Assembly (NCBI RefSeq): GCF_009914755.1
Contig: NC_060928.1
Strand: one strand, 5' to 3'
From: the human T2T-CHM13v2.0 reference genome, Homo sapiens
DNA length: 64,000 nucleotides
The first letter of the stretch is position 1, and the number at the start of each line of letters is the position of its first letter. Under the pieces are notes generated by a model. The model did no database searches. It had not been told where the DNA came from and worked only from the letters and a program-made list of their open reading frames with translations. Shown here one piece after another: positions 1 through 11,256 of this stretch. The translations under genes and the position numbers were made by a program.

Positions 1-126
1 GTATTTTTAGTAGAGACGGGGTTTCACCTTGTTAGCCAGGATGGTCTCGATCTCCTGACCTCATGATCCACCCGCCTCGGCCTCCCAAAGTGCTGGGATT
101 ACAGGCGTGAGCCACCGCGCCTGGCC
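1..126 (-). mobile_element. AluYb8/Yb9 left monomer, running off the window edge
   Basis: Reverse complement reads GGCCAGGCGCGGTGGCTCACGCC...GGCGGGTGGATCATGAGGTCAGGAGATCGAGACCATCCTGGCTAACAAGGTGAAACCCCG. GGTGGATCATGAG and CTAACAAGGTG are Yb-lineage diagnostics, and most CpGs are intact. Confidence 0.88.
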
Positions 127-169
127 TCTATCTCATATTCTTGAAGTTAGCAGAGTGAATCCCACCTCC

Positions 170-830
170 ATGCTCTTCTTCCTGTTCTTCCCATCTCAGC
201 ATTTCTGAATCAGCTGGTTCCTGTCCAAAAGAGACCCTAGATTCCTTTCTTTGTCACATATCTCACATTTAACATATCAGCAAGTCCTATTGGTTCTACC
301 TTCAAAATGTATCTCAAGCTCTTCCCATTATCCTCACTATCTTCCCACCAGCTCTTCGCACTATCCTAGACCAACTCACTGTCAAAGTATGTTAACTATT
401 CCCATTTTTAGCTCTCCTAGATTATTTCACATAATAGGCAGTATACATTTCTTTAAACAACATATATCTGACAAGTTAACTTCCTTGCTTAAAACCTTTT
501 CTTGGCTTCCTGTTATATGTAAATATCTAAAGTCTTTGCACCAGTTATATTAGACTCTAGATGATCTGACAGTTGCCTAATTTTCCTTCTGTCTCACAGC
601 ATTTGGTTCTTGCTCACAACCCTCTGGCCACCCTAGCCTCCTTTCAGTTCTTCATACCCAGAGTGTGTTCCAATTTTAACTATGATTTCTTTTCCCTCTA
701 CTTAGATTGTTCTGTGGCACGTTCTATAGGTATGGCTCCTCATCCTCCCCATCTCAGCTTAAATATAATTTTATGTTGAGTAGTAAATGTCAATTATGTT
801 GGGTACATTAATATGTTATCCATTTATTTT
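170..830. mobile_element. Degenerate L2 LINE fragment
   Basis: L2-like phrases: cttcccatctcag, ctagattcctttctt, atcagcaagtcctattggttctaccttcaaaatgtatc, cttccttgcttaaaacctt. Boundaries approximate. Confidence 0.6.
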
Positions 831-854
831 ATAAATATTGAGTATTTATTCTGA

Positions 855-992
855 TACAAGTTACTTATTTCCAAGATACAATGGGGGTATAAACATTCCC
901 ATTTCAAAAGGGAGAAATCAGCCAAAAGAGAGGGCTACAGGCCCCACACAAGTTCAAATTCTAGCAGGTCAGTCATTACATCTTAAATCTCA
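855..992 (-). mobile_element. Isolated MST-int (MaLR internal) fragment
   Basis: caagttacttatttccaagatacaatgggggta...aaacattcccatttcaaaagggagaaatcagccaaaagagagggctacaggcccc...gtcagtcattacatcttaaa matches MST/THE1 internal sequence. Confidence 0.75.
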
Positions 993-1571
993 GAAGTCAA
1001 AGTGATTATGGTAATGAAGGGTCTTGAAGAGTCTTAATTCCAGTATCTGAATTTAATTCCAGCACTTTTTCCAACATAGCCTAAGAAAGATATATAACCA
1101 TTTCACTACATCTGTTTTAAAAGAAATCACAGTTCATATGTTAAGTTTTATTTGATTTTGTTAAGGCATATATAGACAGGCTAAATTTTGTGGATTTGGT
1201 GTTTCTCCACAATGCTAAAATATAGTATTAACTTAGGTTTTATAATGAAGTTAGCAAGAAGAAAGAGAAGGAGAAAAACTATTGAATTTGGTTGAAACTC
1301 TAATTTCCTTCCTGAAATGTATACTTATATAGCAAAAAAGGTGTGTAGCAAGAACAAATTTTGCCTATATATTTAAAACAACATTTTAGGAAATCATATA
1401 AAGAAACATTCAGACATTTAGCAGCCAATTCTTGGTTACTGTAAAATTATTAATGTGGGTAAAAAAAGAATTATATGTACCCATTTTCTCTTCATTTAGA
1501 AAAAGGTTTTTTAAATTTTCTACTTAATTTATTTTACAATTCATATCAAATTTTTATTGTGATAAGTTTAT

Positions 1572-1715
1572 CCGCAGGTGTAGTGGCTCACACCTATGAT
1601 CTCACCATGTTGGGACACTGAGGCAGGAAAACAGCTTGAGGCCAGGCGTTTGAGATCAGCCTGGACAACACAAACCCTATCTCTATAAAAAATTTGTTTT
1701 AAAAAATTAGCTAGA
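1572..1715 (+). mobile_element. AluJ left monomer and linker, interrupted by an MST element
   Basis: ggtgtagtggctcacacctatgatc...gcttgaggccagg..tttgagatcagcctggacaaca, then A-rich linker and aattagctaga. Confidence 0.85.
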
Positions 1716-1871
1716 TGTATTACGCTATTCTCACATTGCTATAAAGAAATACCCAAGACCGGGCAATTTATACAGAGAAGAGGCTTAATTGGCTTATGGT
1801 TCTGCTGGCTGTACAGGAAGCATGATACTAGCATCTGCTCAGCTTCTAAGGAGGCCTCAGGAAACGTACAA
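1716..1871 (-). mobile_element. MSTA-like 3' LTR, partial
   Basis: Starts with the reverse complement of the LTR 3' end (tgtattacgctattctcacattgctataaagaaatacc) and breaks off after ggcctcaggaaacgtacaa. Confidence 0.85.
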
Positions 1872-1924
1872 CTTACCATTGCTCATGACCCTCTGGCAAC
1901 CCAAATAAGCAGTGACCAGAGGTG

Positions 1925-2742
1925 TACCTCTGCCCTTTTGAGCCAGGGCTGGTGCTGGAACAGCAGCATGAATGGGACAGTGTCCCAAAGATGTGCAGAG
2001 CAGTGGGCCCTGGGCCTGACCCAGGAAACCATGCTGTCCTCTTAGGCCTCAAGGCCTATGATGAGGGGGCTGCCTCTTAGATCTCTGAAATGACTTCAAG
2101 GCCTTTTTCCCATTGTCTTGCCTATTAGCAGTTGCCTTTTTTTAGTTATGCAAATTTCTCCAGCAAGTGGTGGCTGCATATCCTGCTTGAATTCCTCTCC
2201 CTAGAAAGCTGTTTCTTTCTCTACCACATGGCCAGGCTGCAAATTTTTTAAACGTCTACACTCTGCTTCTCTTTTAAATATAAGTTCCAACTTTAACTCA
2301 TTTCTTTACTCCTGCAGATGAGTAGAGTGTGTTAGAAACACCCACACCACATCTTAAACACTTTGCTGCTTAGAAATTTCTTCTACCAGATACCCTAGGT
2401 CATTGTTCTTAGGTTCAAACTTCCACAGATTCCTGGGGCATGAACACGATGCAGCCAGGGTCTTTGCTAAGGCATAACACATGTGACCTTTGCTCCAGTT
2501 CCCAATAAGTTCCTCATTTCCATGTGAGATCTCATCAGCCTGGCCTACATTATCTATATCACTATCAGCATTTTGGTCATAACCATTTAAGCAGTCTCTA
2601 AAAAGTTCCAAACTTTCCCTGATCTTCCTAGCTTCTGAGCTCTTGGCACTCTTCCAACCTCTGCCTGTTCCACAGTTCCAAAGCTGCTTTCACATTTTCT
2701 AATATCTTCGTGGTAATGCCCCATTTCTTGGAACCAATTTTC
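1925..2742 (-). mobile_element. MST-int internal region (5' part)
   Basis: Ends in gaaccaattttc adjacent to the LTR (reverse of the MaLR int start GAAAATTGGT). ORF 2354-2611 (LNGYDQNADSD...EELIGNWSKGH.CYALAK) is the typical MaLR internal ORF remnant. Confidence 0.88.
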
Positions 2743-3176
2743 TGCATTAGGCCATTCTCACATTCCTATAAAGAAATACCAGAGACTGGGTAATTCATAA
2801 AGAAAAGAGGTTTAATTGGCATACCATTCCACAGGCTATACAGGAAGCATAATGCTGGCATCTGCTTGGCTTCTGGGGAGGCCTCAGGAAACTTAGAATC
2901 ATGGCAAAAGACAGAGGGGGAGTAGGCATATCACATGGTGAATGTACGTGCAAGAGAGATGGAGGTAGGTGCCACAGTTTTAAATGATCATGTCTCATGA
3001 AACTTACTATCACAAAACCTACTATCACAAAGACAGCACCAAAGGCTATGGTGCTAAACCATACATGAGGTATCTGCTCCCATAATCCAGTCACCTCCCA
3101 CCAGGCCCCACCTTCAACATTGGCTATTATATTTCAACATGAGATTTGGGTAGGGACACACATGCAAACTATATAA
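2743..3176 (-). mobile_element. MSTA-like 5' LTR, complete
   Basis: tgcattaggccattctcacattcctataaagaaatacc ... cacctcccaccaggccccaccttcaacattg...ttcaacatgagatttggg...caaactatataa. Confidence 0.9.
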
Positions 3177-3342
3177 ACAGGCATGGTGGCACACACCTGT
3201 AATCCTAACTACTGGGGTGGCAGAGGCTGGAGGATTGCTTTAGCTCAGGAGTTCAAGGCTGCAGTGAGCTATGATCGCACCACTGCACTGCAGCCTGAGA
3301 GACAGACTAAGACATTATCTCTAAAAACAAACAAATAAATAA
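3177..3342 (+). mobile_element. AluJ right monomer, continuing 1572-1715
   Basis: ggcatggtggcacacacctgtaatcc...ggaggattgctt...ggagttcaaggctgcagtgagctatgatcgcaccactgcac, followed by an A-rich tail. Confidence 0.9.
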
Positions 3343-3792
3343 GGAGTTTCTCAAAGTAATAGTGTAATTTTTGGTAACTAGCAAATGACTTTTGTTATTT
3401 CCTTGATGTAGATTTCCTTGCTTGGTGTTGATAAATGAAACACTGCCAATAAAATTAAAATATGCTAATTTTAAAGTAGGTTACAAAATAAAGTAAGTTC
3501 TCACTATTCTAAAGGTAACTTTTTATTAAAAAACTTTTTATGAAAGTGATATATGTATGCATATATATACACACACACATATTATAGAAAAATGAGCAGG
3601 CATAGTAAAGATTGCCTGTGATTTTGTTACCATTTGGGTATTTTCATATCTTTTTTTACCCTACATTTTTTGCCCCTTATATATGAATTTATATTTTATA
3701 TACTATTTAAAACTCAGATCATACCATACATTCCACTTTGAAACTTATTTTTTAGCCTTACTGCATATTATGAACAACATTCAAAGTAATTG

Positions 3793-5318
3793 AATATTAG
3801 AAAAAACTATACTAAAAGTCACATGGAACTGAAAAAGACACTGAATAGCATAAGCAATCCTAAGCAAAAAGAAGAAAGCCAGAAGCATCATACTACCCAA
3901 CTTCGAAGTATATTACAAGGCTGCAGTAACCAAAACAGTATGGTACTGGTAGGAAAACAGACACATAGACCAATGGAGCAGGTTAGAGATCCCAGATACA
4001 AAGCCATACACCTATAACCATCTGATCTTTGATAAAGTTGACAAAAACAAGCAGTGAGGAAAAGATTCCCATTCAGTAAACGGTGCTAGCTATATGCAGA
4101 AGACTAAAACTGGACCCCTTCCCTTCACCATATACAAAAATCAACTCAGGATGGATTAATGACTTAAATGTGAAATCTAAAACTATAAAAAAACACTGGA
4201 AAGAAACAGAGGAATTACCATTCTGGACATTAGACTTGGCAAATAAATTATGACTAAGTCCCTAAAAGCAATGGTAACAAAAATGAAAATTGGCAAATGG
4301 AACCTAATTAAACTAAAGAGCTTCTGCATAGCAAATGAAACTGTCAGCAGAGTAAACAGACAACCTGCAGGAGGTAAGAAAATATCTGTAAACTAGCATT
4401 CAACAGAGGTCTAATATCCAGAATCTATAAGGAACTTAAACAAATTAACAAGCAAAAAAGAATAGTATTAAAAATTGGGCAAAGGACATAAACAGACACC
4501 TCTCAAAACAAGACATACACGTGGCCTAACAAGCATATGAAAAAATGCTCAACATTAATCATTACAGAAATACAAATAAAAATCATAATGAGATACCATC
4601 TCATACCAGTCAGAATGGCTATTATTAAAAAGTAAAAAAAAAAATCAGATGATGGTGAGGTTGTGGAGAACAGGGAACATTTACATACCACTAGTGGTAA
4701 TATGAATTAGTTCAGCCACTGTGGAAAGCAGTTTGGAGATTCCTTGGAAAACTTAAAATAGAACTACCATTTGACTCAGCAATCGGATTACAGGGGATAT
4801 ACCCAAAGGAATAGAAATAATTCTACTATTAAAGACAAAGGCACATATGTGTTCATCACAGCACTGTTTACAATAACATATACATGGAATCAATCTAAAT
4901 CATCATCAATAGTGGACAGAATAAGGCAAATGTGGTACCTATACAACATGGAATATTATACAGCCATAAACAAGAGTGAGATCATGTTCTTTGCAGCAAC
5001 ATGTATGGAGCTGGAGGCCATTATCCTAAGCAAACTAATGCAGGAACAGAAAACAAAACACTGCATGTTCTCACTTATAAGTGGGAACTAAACCCTGAGT
5101 ACACATGGACACAAAGAACAGAACAATAGATTCCAGGGCCTACTTGAGGGTGGGAAGAGGGTGGGAACAGAAAACTTACCTATTGGGTACCATGCTTATT
5201 ACCTGGGTGGTGAAATAATCTGAATATCAAACCCCTACAACATGAGATTTACCCATATAACACATCTGTGCATTTTCCCTCTGAATCCAAAATCAAAGCT
5301 GGAAAAAAGAAAAAATAA
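3793..5318 (+). mobile_element. 5'-truncated L1 (L1PA15/16-like), 3' end of ORF2 and 3' UTR
   Basis: Frame-broken ORF2 C-terminus (YYTAINKSEIMFFAATCMELEAIILSKLMQEQKTKHCMFSLISGN*). 3' UTR reads gagtacacatggacacaaag...ggcctacttgagggtgg...tacctattgggtaccatgcttattacctggg, then an A tail. Confidence 0.92.
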
Positions 5319-7409
5319 ATATTTGTTTGAGGGAAAAATGTCATTCAATCTTTTTCTCGAACATAATTCTTAATGGTGCTATAATAATTTGGATGCATCG
5401 TGTTTAGTTGTAGTTTTTTATTGGGTACTTTATTCTAATACAGTATAATATGCTTCAAAATGACTTTACTTTTTATAACACTGACAGATATTTTTTCCAT
5501 GTAATGATTTAGCTTTAAATATAATGTTTCTAATATTTCAACATTACTGTACATATTACTAACATTTGCCTTGCTTATCTTTTTCATTCCTTTATTTTTT
5601 CCCTTTTTGTATTTTGATTTAGGCATGTCTCTTTTTAACAGGATCTACTTAGATTTTTTCCTACTCACCTAAGTGGAAAATCTCTGATAGTTAAGAGGAA
5701 AAATTTAATTCATTTTCAGTATTTTTTGTTTCTATTAATTTTAGATGGGTGGGTGCGTGCACATGGAGATTTAGGTACATGAGCTACTTCTGCCATTTTA
5801 GTTCAATTTCCTCTTGATATTTTTTTTCCTAGGATAAGCACTGAGCATTAAAAACAACATTTCTTTGATTGAAATACTCTAAAGTACGGTAGCAAAATAT
5901 ATCTTATATGTCCTCACTAAACCTTGCCATTCACATCTCATATTTTATTTATATGAATTAGCCGTTAATAGCTAGTCTAGCTCTAAGGAATTTAGAAACC
6001 TACTTATTTTATTAACTTCATTTTTTTTTTGTTTGTTTGTTTGAATGACGGACTTTAGCATTTTTGTTTTGAAATAAGTTCAAATTTTATTTTTTGGTGG
6101 AGGGACACTTAGCTAAAATTCTATTTAGTCTACAACCCACCACAGTCTGGATTGAACTCCCATCTCAAGTGAAATTGCCCTGACTGGCATGAAAAGTGAC
6201 TTCTAGTTAATCAATCCATTGATTATTTTATCCTGCTATTCTACCTAGTCTCTCTGATGCACTTGGCAACTGTAAGAAGAAATTCTCAGAAGATGGTGGA
6301 ATACCATCAGAGAAAGGCATTCTCCTGGGCCTTCTTCCTTGGTGGCATCTGCCATTCCATGGAAAGCAGCTTCATTCAGTGTTCAGTCTTTGGCTCTGTT
6401 CTCTTCTGACTTACTAATTTCTCCTTGGGATAGCTCATTTAAAAGTTGTTTCCCAATTTTTCACATACAAGAACTTGATGCATTTTATTAAAGTCAAATC
6501 CTTAAGTTTAAATCTGTGTAGGTTGTACTCTGTTAATAAAATTAGGCTATACCAAACTATCAAATTTTAAATTGCAATAATTCTACTGGTTCAAAATAAT
6601 CTTTTCATTTGTTGGAATAACCTACTATTTTGTTGAAACTGCTGTCAAAGCAATAGTAAACTTATTCTAAAATGGTTTAATATTTGTGGTATTTGGCAGT
6701 ATATTCAGTAAGTCTTTAATTGTATCTGATAGAAGTACAAGTTCCATCTGTCTCACACGTGCATCCTACTCAAAGCATGGCACCAGAGCAAGTCTGTTTC
6801 CGATGCTCATAAATAAGATACCAACAAACCCACAATATTGGTACAGACTGTTCTGGGCTAGGTTCTAAAATGTTAACCACAGGAAGTGATTTTACTTCTT
6901 TTTATAAAACCCCTTTTCCCTTCATCAGCTGCCTACGTGCTCAGTGTGGCACTTTAGATTTCCTGGATCTTGAAAGTGTTAAAAATTACTGGAATAACCT
7001 GCTGGAAGGTGATCTTATTTACTTAAACAAAACGTGGATAAGTAACTGCTAAAATCATAGCTATCTAAGTCTGTCTAAAATTGTTCTGATTGTTTAATTG
7101 AAAGTGGGGGTTTTAATAAGGCCTACTAAAGTTTAAAATGTGTGGTCATAGATAATACAGATCAAGGCATTAATGATCAGCATTTCTAGTAGTTTACAAG
7201 GTAACTTGAGTACTCATAACTCTAGCTTACCTTATCCCTGCTTTTGGTCCTTTGTCTTTATAATATGAGATTACTTACTGAGTTTGAAATTATTTTAAAT
7301 GATTGGAAACAAAAATATCAAAAATGGAATTGGTATACTATGCTTAATGGTAGACTTAATTTTTTTCAGTAGTTGTTTACTTCTGTAATTAAAGTATATT
7401 GTCTATTAG

Positions 7410-7640
7410 CTGAAATTTATATAAATACATGTAATTCTATATAAACATATAAATATGTAATTTCATATAACTATATAATTATATAAATTATAAATATTCA
7501 TATTTATAATGAAAAGATTTATAATTATACATTTTTATTTATAATGTTTATATAAATATATGTACATATAAATATATAAATTTTCATATGTAAATATGTT
7601 AAGTATAAATATATAATTTATATAGAAATATCTATAAATT
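7410..7640. repeat. AT-rich low-complexity tract
   Basis: Almost entirely A/T, with tatataaat-type units. Confidence 0.8.
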
Positions 7641-8526
7641 GCAATGAATTTATTAAAATTAGTTAAAAATTAGAAGATATTTTTTCATGTAATTTTGGAT
7701 AAGCTTCTAAGAATTTGCTCAACAGTTTGAATTTGTCTCAACATTTGTAAACACAGAAAAAAGTTTCTACAGTATTCAAAGATGTCACCATTTTTGATAG
7801 AAAATTTGTCACCTTTACTTTTTCTTGTAAACATTATAATAGGGAAAACAAAGCATACAAAGTATAGTACTTTTGAAAAGTCTCTTTTCTTTTATTCTTC
7901 AGGATGTATTTTAATTAGTCTGATCATTTTGCTAAGGCTCTATTTATGTTTCTTGTTTCTGCTCAATTCTACCCAACTGCCCAATATTTTAGCTTATGGT
8001 AAATAATTTGAAATTCTTTCTTGTTTTGGGTTGTCTATTATTAATTATTCTTAGTTACGGATGATTACTTTTATAAAATGTTGTAATGTAATTCCCTTCC
8101 TACTATTTTTATATTATGAAATGCTTAGTGCTGGATAAATGAGTCATATTTGTGCAGTGTTGGCAAACCACAATTATATTCAAGACCACTGTGGATCAGA
8201 ATCTAATTTTATCAGAATTTAAAAATTGTTTTGAGATTTTGCAGGTATCAGTTTAGCAGATGATTTCTTAAATAAAGGGGAAAATCAAGTATTATGCTTT
8301 GTCCTTTGATGATATGAGATAAAAATCACCAATGGCAATGATTTTTATCTTGTATTGAAAATCAAAGCTGTAGGCAGGGCCACCTTGCCCATCAGTTTAC
8401 ATTAATGCCATGAAGAGCAAGTCAATTTTAAAGTTATTGACTTGAGTTTTGCACCACATACCAACTTATTTAGTGAGTTCAAGTTGCAGATTTCCTTTAC
8501 TCAGGTGGTTCTTTTCTCTTTTCTAG

Positions 8527-8550
8527 ATAGAAACAGGCAAATAAGAAATG
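8527..8550 (+). other. Candidate 24-nt microexon of an unidentified host transcript
   Basis: ttcttttctcttttctag | ATAGAAACAGGCAAATAAGAAATG | gtaagt: strong pyrimidine tract with AG, consensus donor, length divisible by 3, not within a recognisable repeat. Confidence 0.5.
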
Positions 8551-9542
8551 GTAAGTAAGAGTTATTCTGGAAAAAAACAAATCTATTGCTGTTTTTTTCT
8601 TCCTCTTATCTGATTTCTGTATAGCATTTGTCACTTAAGACCAATATCTCCTTGATATTATCACAGCTCCTGCCTACCATGTGAACACCTCTTTCTTGGT
8701 TTTCTGTCTGCTTCCGTGGATTCTTTTTTTGGCTATTTCCCCTGGATCTGCTTCTGCCTAAACTCACTGTGATGGTATTCTACTGGTATTTCTCGTCCAC
8801 TTCTTTGTCTTTCACTTGACAAGTTATTCTTGGTTTATCTCATTTATTACTATGGCTTCAACTATTGATAACTTCCCATTTTATGTGAAATCAAACTCTT
8901 TCTTATCTCAGGACTCTGGTTTACCCATGAACATAATTGCAAGCTGTGATAGCTGTTAGAATAAAACTCCAGGAGAACTATGAAAATAAGAAACTAAAAG
9001 GATGAGTCTGAGTAAGTTGGTGAGACATGGTTAGATAAGACTTCCCTAAGGAGCTGATACTTGAGGTGGAAATTGAAGGCAGTGGTGGAAATAATGTTAT
9101 CGAGAGGCAGAAGAGCAAGCAAGGTTCCTGCAGTCTGCCTAAACTGAACTTGTCAAACATCATTCTAATAAAACCAATACTTGATTAAAATCTTTCAGTG
9201 CTATCTCATCATCTAAAAATAAACTTAAAACACTTTCACCTAGGATTCAAAGTCTTTCACCTGGCCTTAATTTAATTTTTATCTGATTTTTAGCACTCCC
9301 TCTGATCTGGTGTTTGGCACCTATTTTGGTACATATATTATAAGTGCATATTCAAGACTCTGATTTGTTGTCTTCTATTCTCTTTGCCTGGATTGTCTTC
9401 CTCCTCTATTTTTTTACTGGTGAGCATCTCTTACCCAATATCCAAAGCCCAATAAAATATTGTTTTTCTTTTGCAAGTTTCCCACATACTGAATTTTCAT
9501 AGAACTTTTTATGAGGCTGTATAATGTTCTTATTCTCAGGAG

Positions 9543-9740
9543 AGGCAGTGTTGTATTGATGCTAAGAATAATGGCTGCGGGCACAGATCAACTGGAATCA
9601 GAATCCTGATTCCTCCATATATAACCTGTGTGATCCTGTACAAGTTAATGCTAGTACCTCCATCATAGGGTTGTTGTAAGGGTCAAAAGGCCTAGAACGG
9701 TGGCTAATATATATTAAGCAGTCAGTTGTATTAACAGTTG
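9543..9740 (+). mobile_element. MIR
   Basis: gaatcctgattcctccatatataacctgtgtgatcctgtacaagttaa...tagtacctccatcatagggttgttgtaaggg. Confidence 0.7.
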
Positions 9741-9944
9741 TTGCAGTCACATTTTAAATTATATATCTTCCACCATTTTCAGGCTATCAGCCCCTTGAGA
9801 GCAGAGGTTACCTTACTCACCTTTGTGCTTGCCACCAAGTAAATGAAATAATTTATATTTGTAAGATTGAGTTAAAAGGGATGCCAAAACATTAATGTTC
9901 AGTCTTTAGTTAGTTGATGGGGTGGCATTTCCTATTATGCATCA

Positions 9945-10340
9945 AAACCATTCATTTATCCAGCATGTAATTTATTGAGCATCTATTCTGTGCCAGACAC
10001 AATTGTAGGAGGTAGAGATGAATTTATGAGCAAAGAAACATGATTCATTCCTTTGTGAATTTTATAGGATGGTACTTTAATTAAATAATCAAGCAAATAG
10101 ATGTATAATCCAAACTGTGTCTAGTGCTTAAAAGGGTGGTATATGGCATGTCTCATGCTTATTATGGGGAGGAGATCGGCTTGGTTTGGGAGGTTATGAA
10201 TGGCTTTCCTGAGGGAGTGACCAGTGTTCTGAGCGGAGATGTCTAAGTGGATATGAAGTTGGTGGTAGAGAGAGCCTGGTAAGCATGAGGGAAAGATGCC
10301 AGTGTGGATATATTCTGGCTCCAGGAAAGGCTGAGAGGTG
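9945..10340. mobile_element. L2 3' end fragment
   Basis: cattcatttatccagca..atttattgagcatctattctgtgccagacac...ggctttcctgagggagtgac. Confidence 0.7.
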
Positions 10341-10511
10341 CTTGCTGGTGCTCATACCTATGGAAAGCCTTAAAAGTACACAAATAAGAGAGCTGCCATG
10401 TGGTGAAGAGGCTTTCTTGCCTGGGATTTTTCTTCAATTTTATTGTTTACTTCTTTTTAACTTCTGTACTTTACTTACTTTTAATTTTTACTGAAATTTT
10501 GCTTAAAATCT

Positions 10512-10514
<3 letters not shown>

Positions 10515-10562
<48 letters not shown>
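10515..10562. repeat. (AT)24 microsatellite
   Basis: Uninterrupted AT dinucleotide run. Confidence 0.97.
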
Positions 10563-10565
<3 letters not shown>

Positions 10566-10877
10566 CCTTTGAAAGAATGCAATGAATTCTTTTTAAAAAT
10601 TTCCTCGGGAGAAAAAAAATGAAGCTTCCCTTTTAAAATGTGTGCAGTACTGGAGAGGCAACACGTTATACTATTTTAGTTTGTTTATTAAGATCTTGGT
10701 TCTAGGATTTGGGGTTTTCTCAGGTTTCAAGAATGGGGGATTAAAAAAAACACTGTAGAAGTGAGCGATTATGTGGCATTTGTAGTGAGGTTAAGGGTAT
10801 ATGGGTTGAGAAGATGGTAGCATGTGGTTACCAAGGCCTAAGAGGACCCAGAGTGAAGTGGAAGATGAGGAAGGAAA

Positions 10878-11256
10878 ATATATTATATATATTTTATATA
10901 TTTAATAAAAACAGGTAGAGTATATATTCATCCCCCTATTTTATATGTATCATATATATGATATATATATTAATTGATAAATGATATAAATTGTAAAACA
11001 GGTAGAGTATATGTTCATCCCCCATTTTATATATATCATTTATATATTGATATATAAAATCATTTTATATATCATTTATATGTCAATAAATCATTTATAT
11101 ATCATTTATATATTGGTATATATCTATATATGACAGATATAACAGATATCTATATAAAAAGATGGCTGGATGTGGGAAATCTTATATATTGATATATATA
11201 TAAATGATACATATAAAATAGGGGGGATGAACATACACTTTACCTGTGTTACAAAT
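10878..11256. repeat. AT-rich region with two direct copies and one inverted copy of a ~50-65 bp unit
   Basis: aaaacaggtagagtatat(a/g)ttcatccccc..ttttatat.tatcat at ~10908 and ~10995. Reverse-complement copy atgatacatataaaataggggggatgaacatacactttacctgtgttacaa at ~11204-11254. Confidence 0.9.

Noticed and set aside
8225-8250. AG|GT recursive-splice-like motifs (tttgcag|gtatca; also ~30233 and ~39545)
   Set aside because: The reconstituted donors are poor matches to GTRAG and are expected by chance in T-rich DNA.
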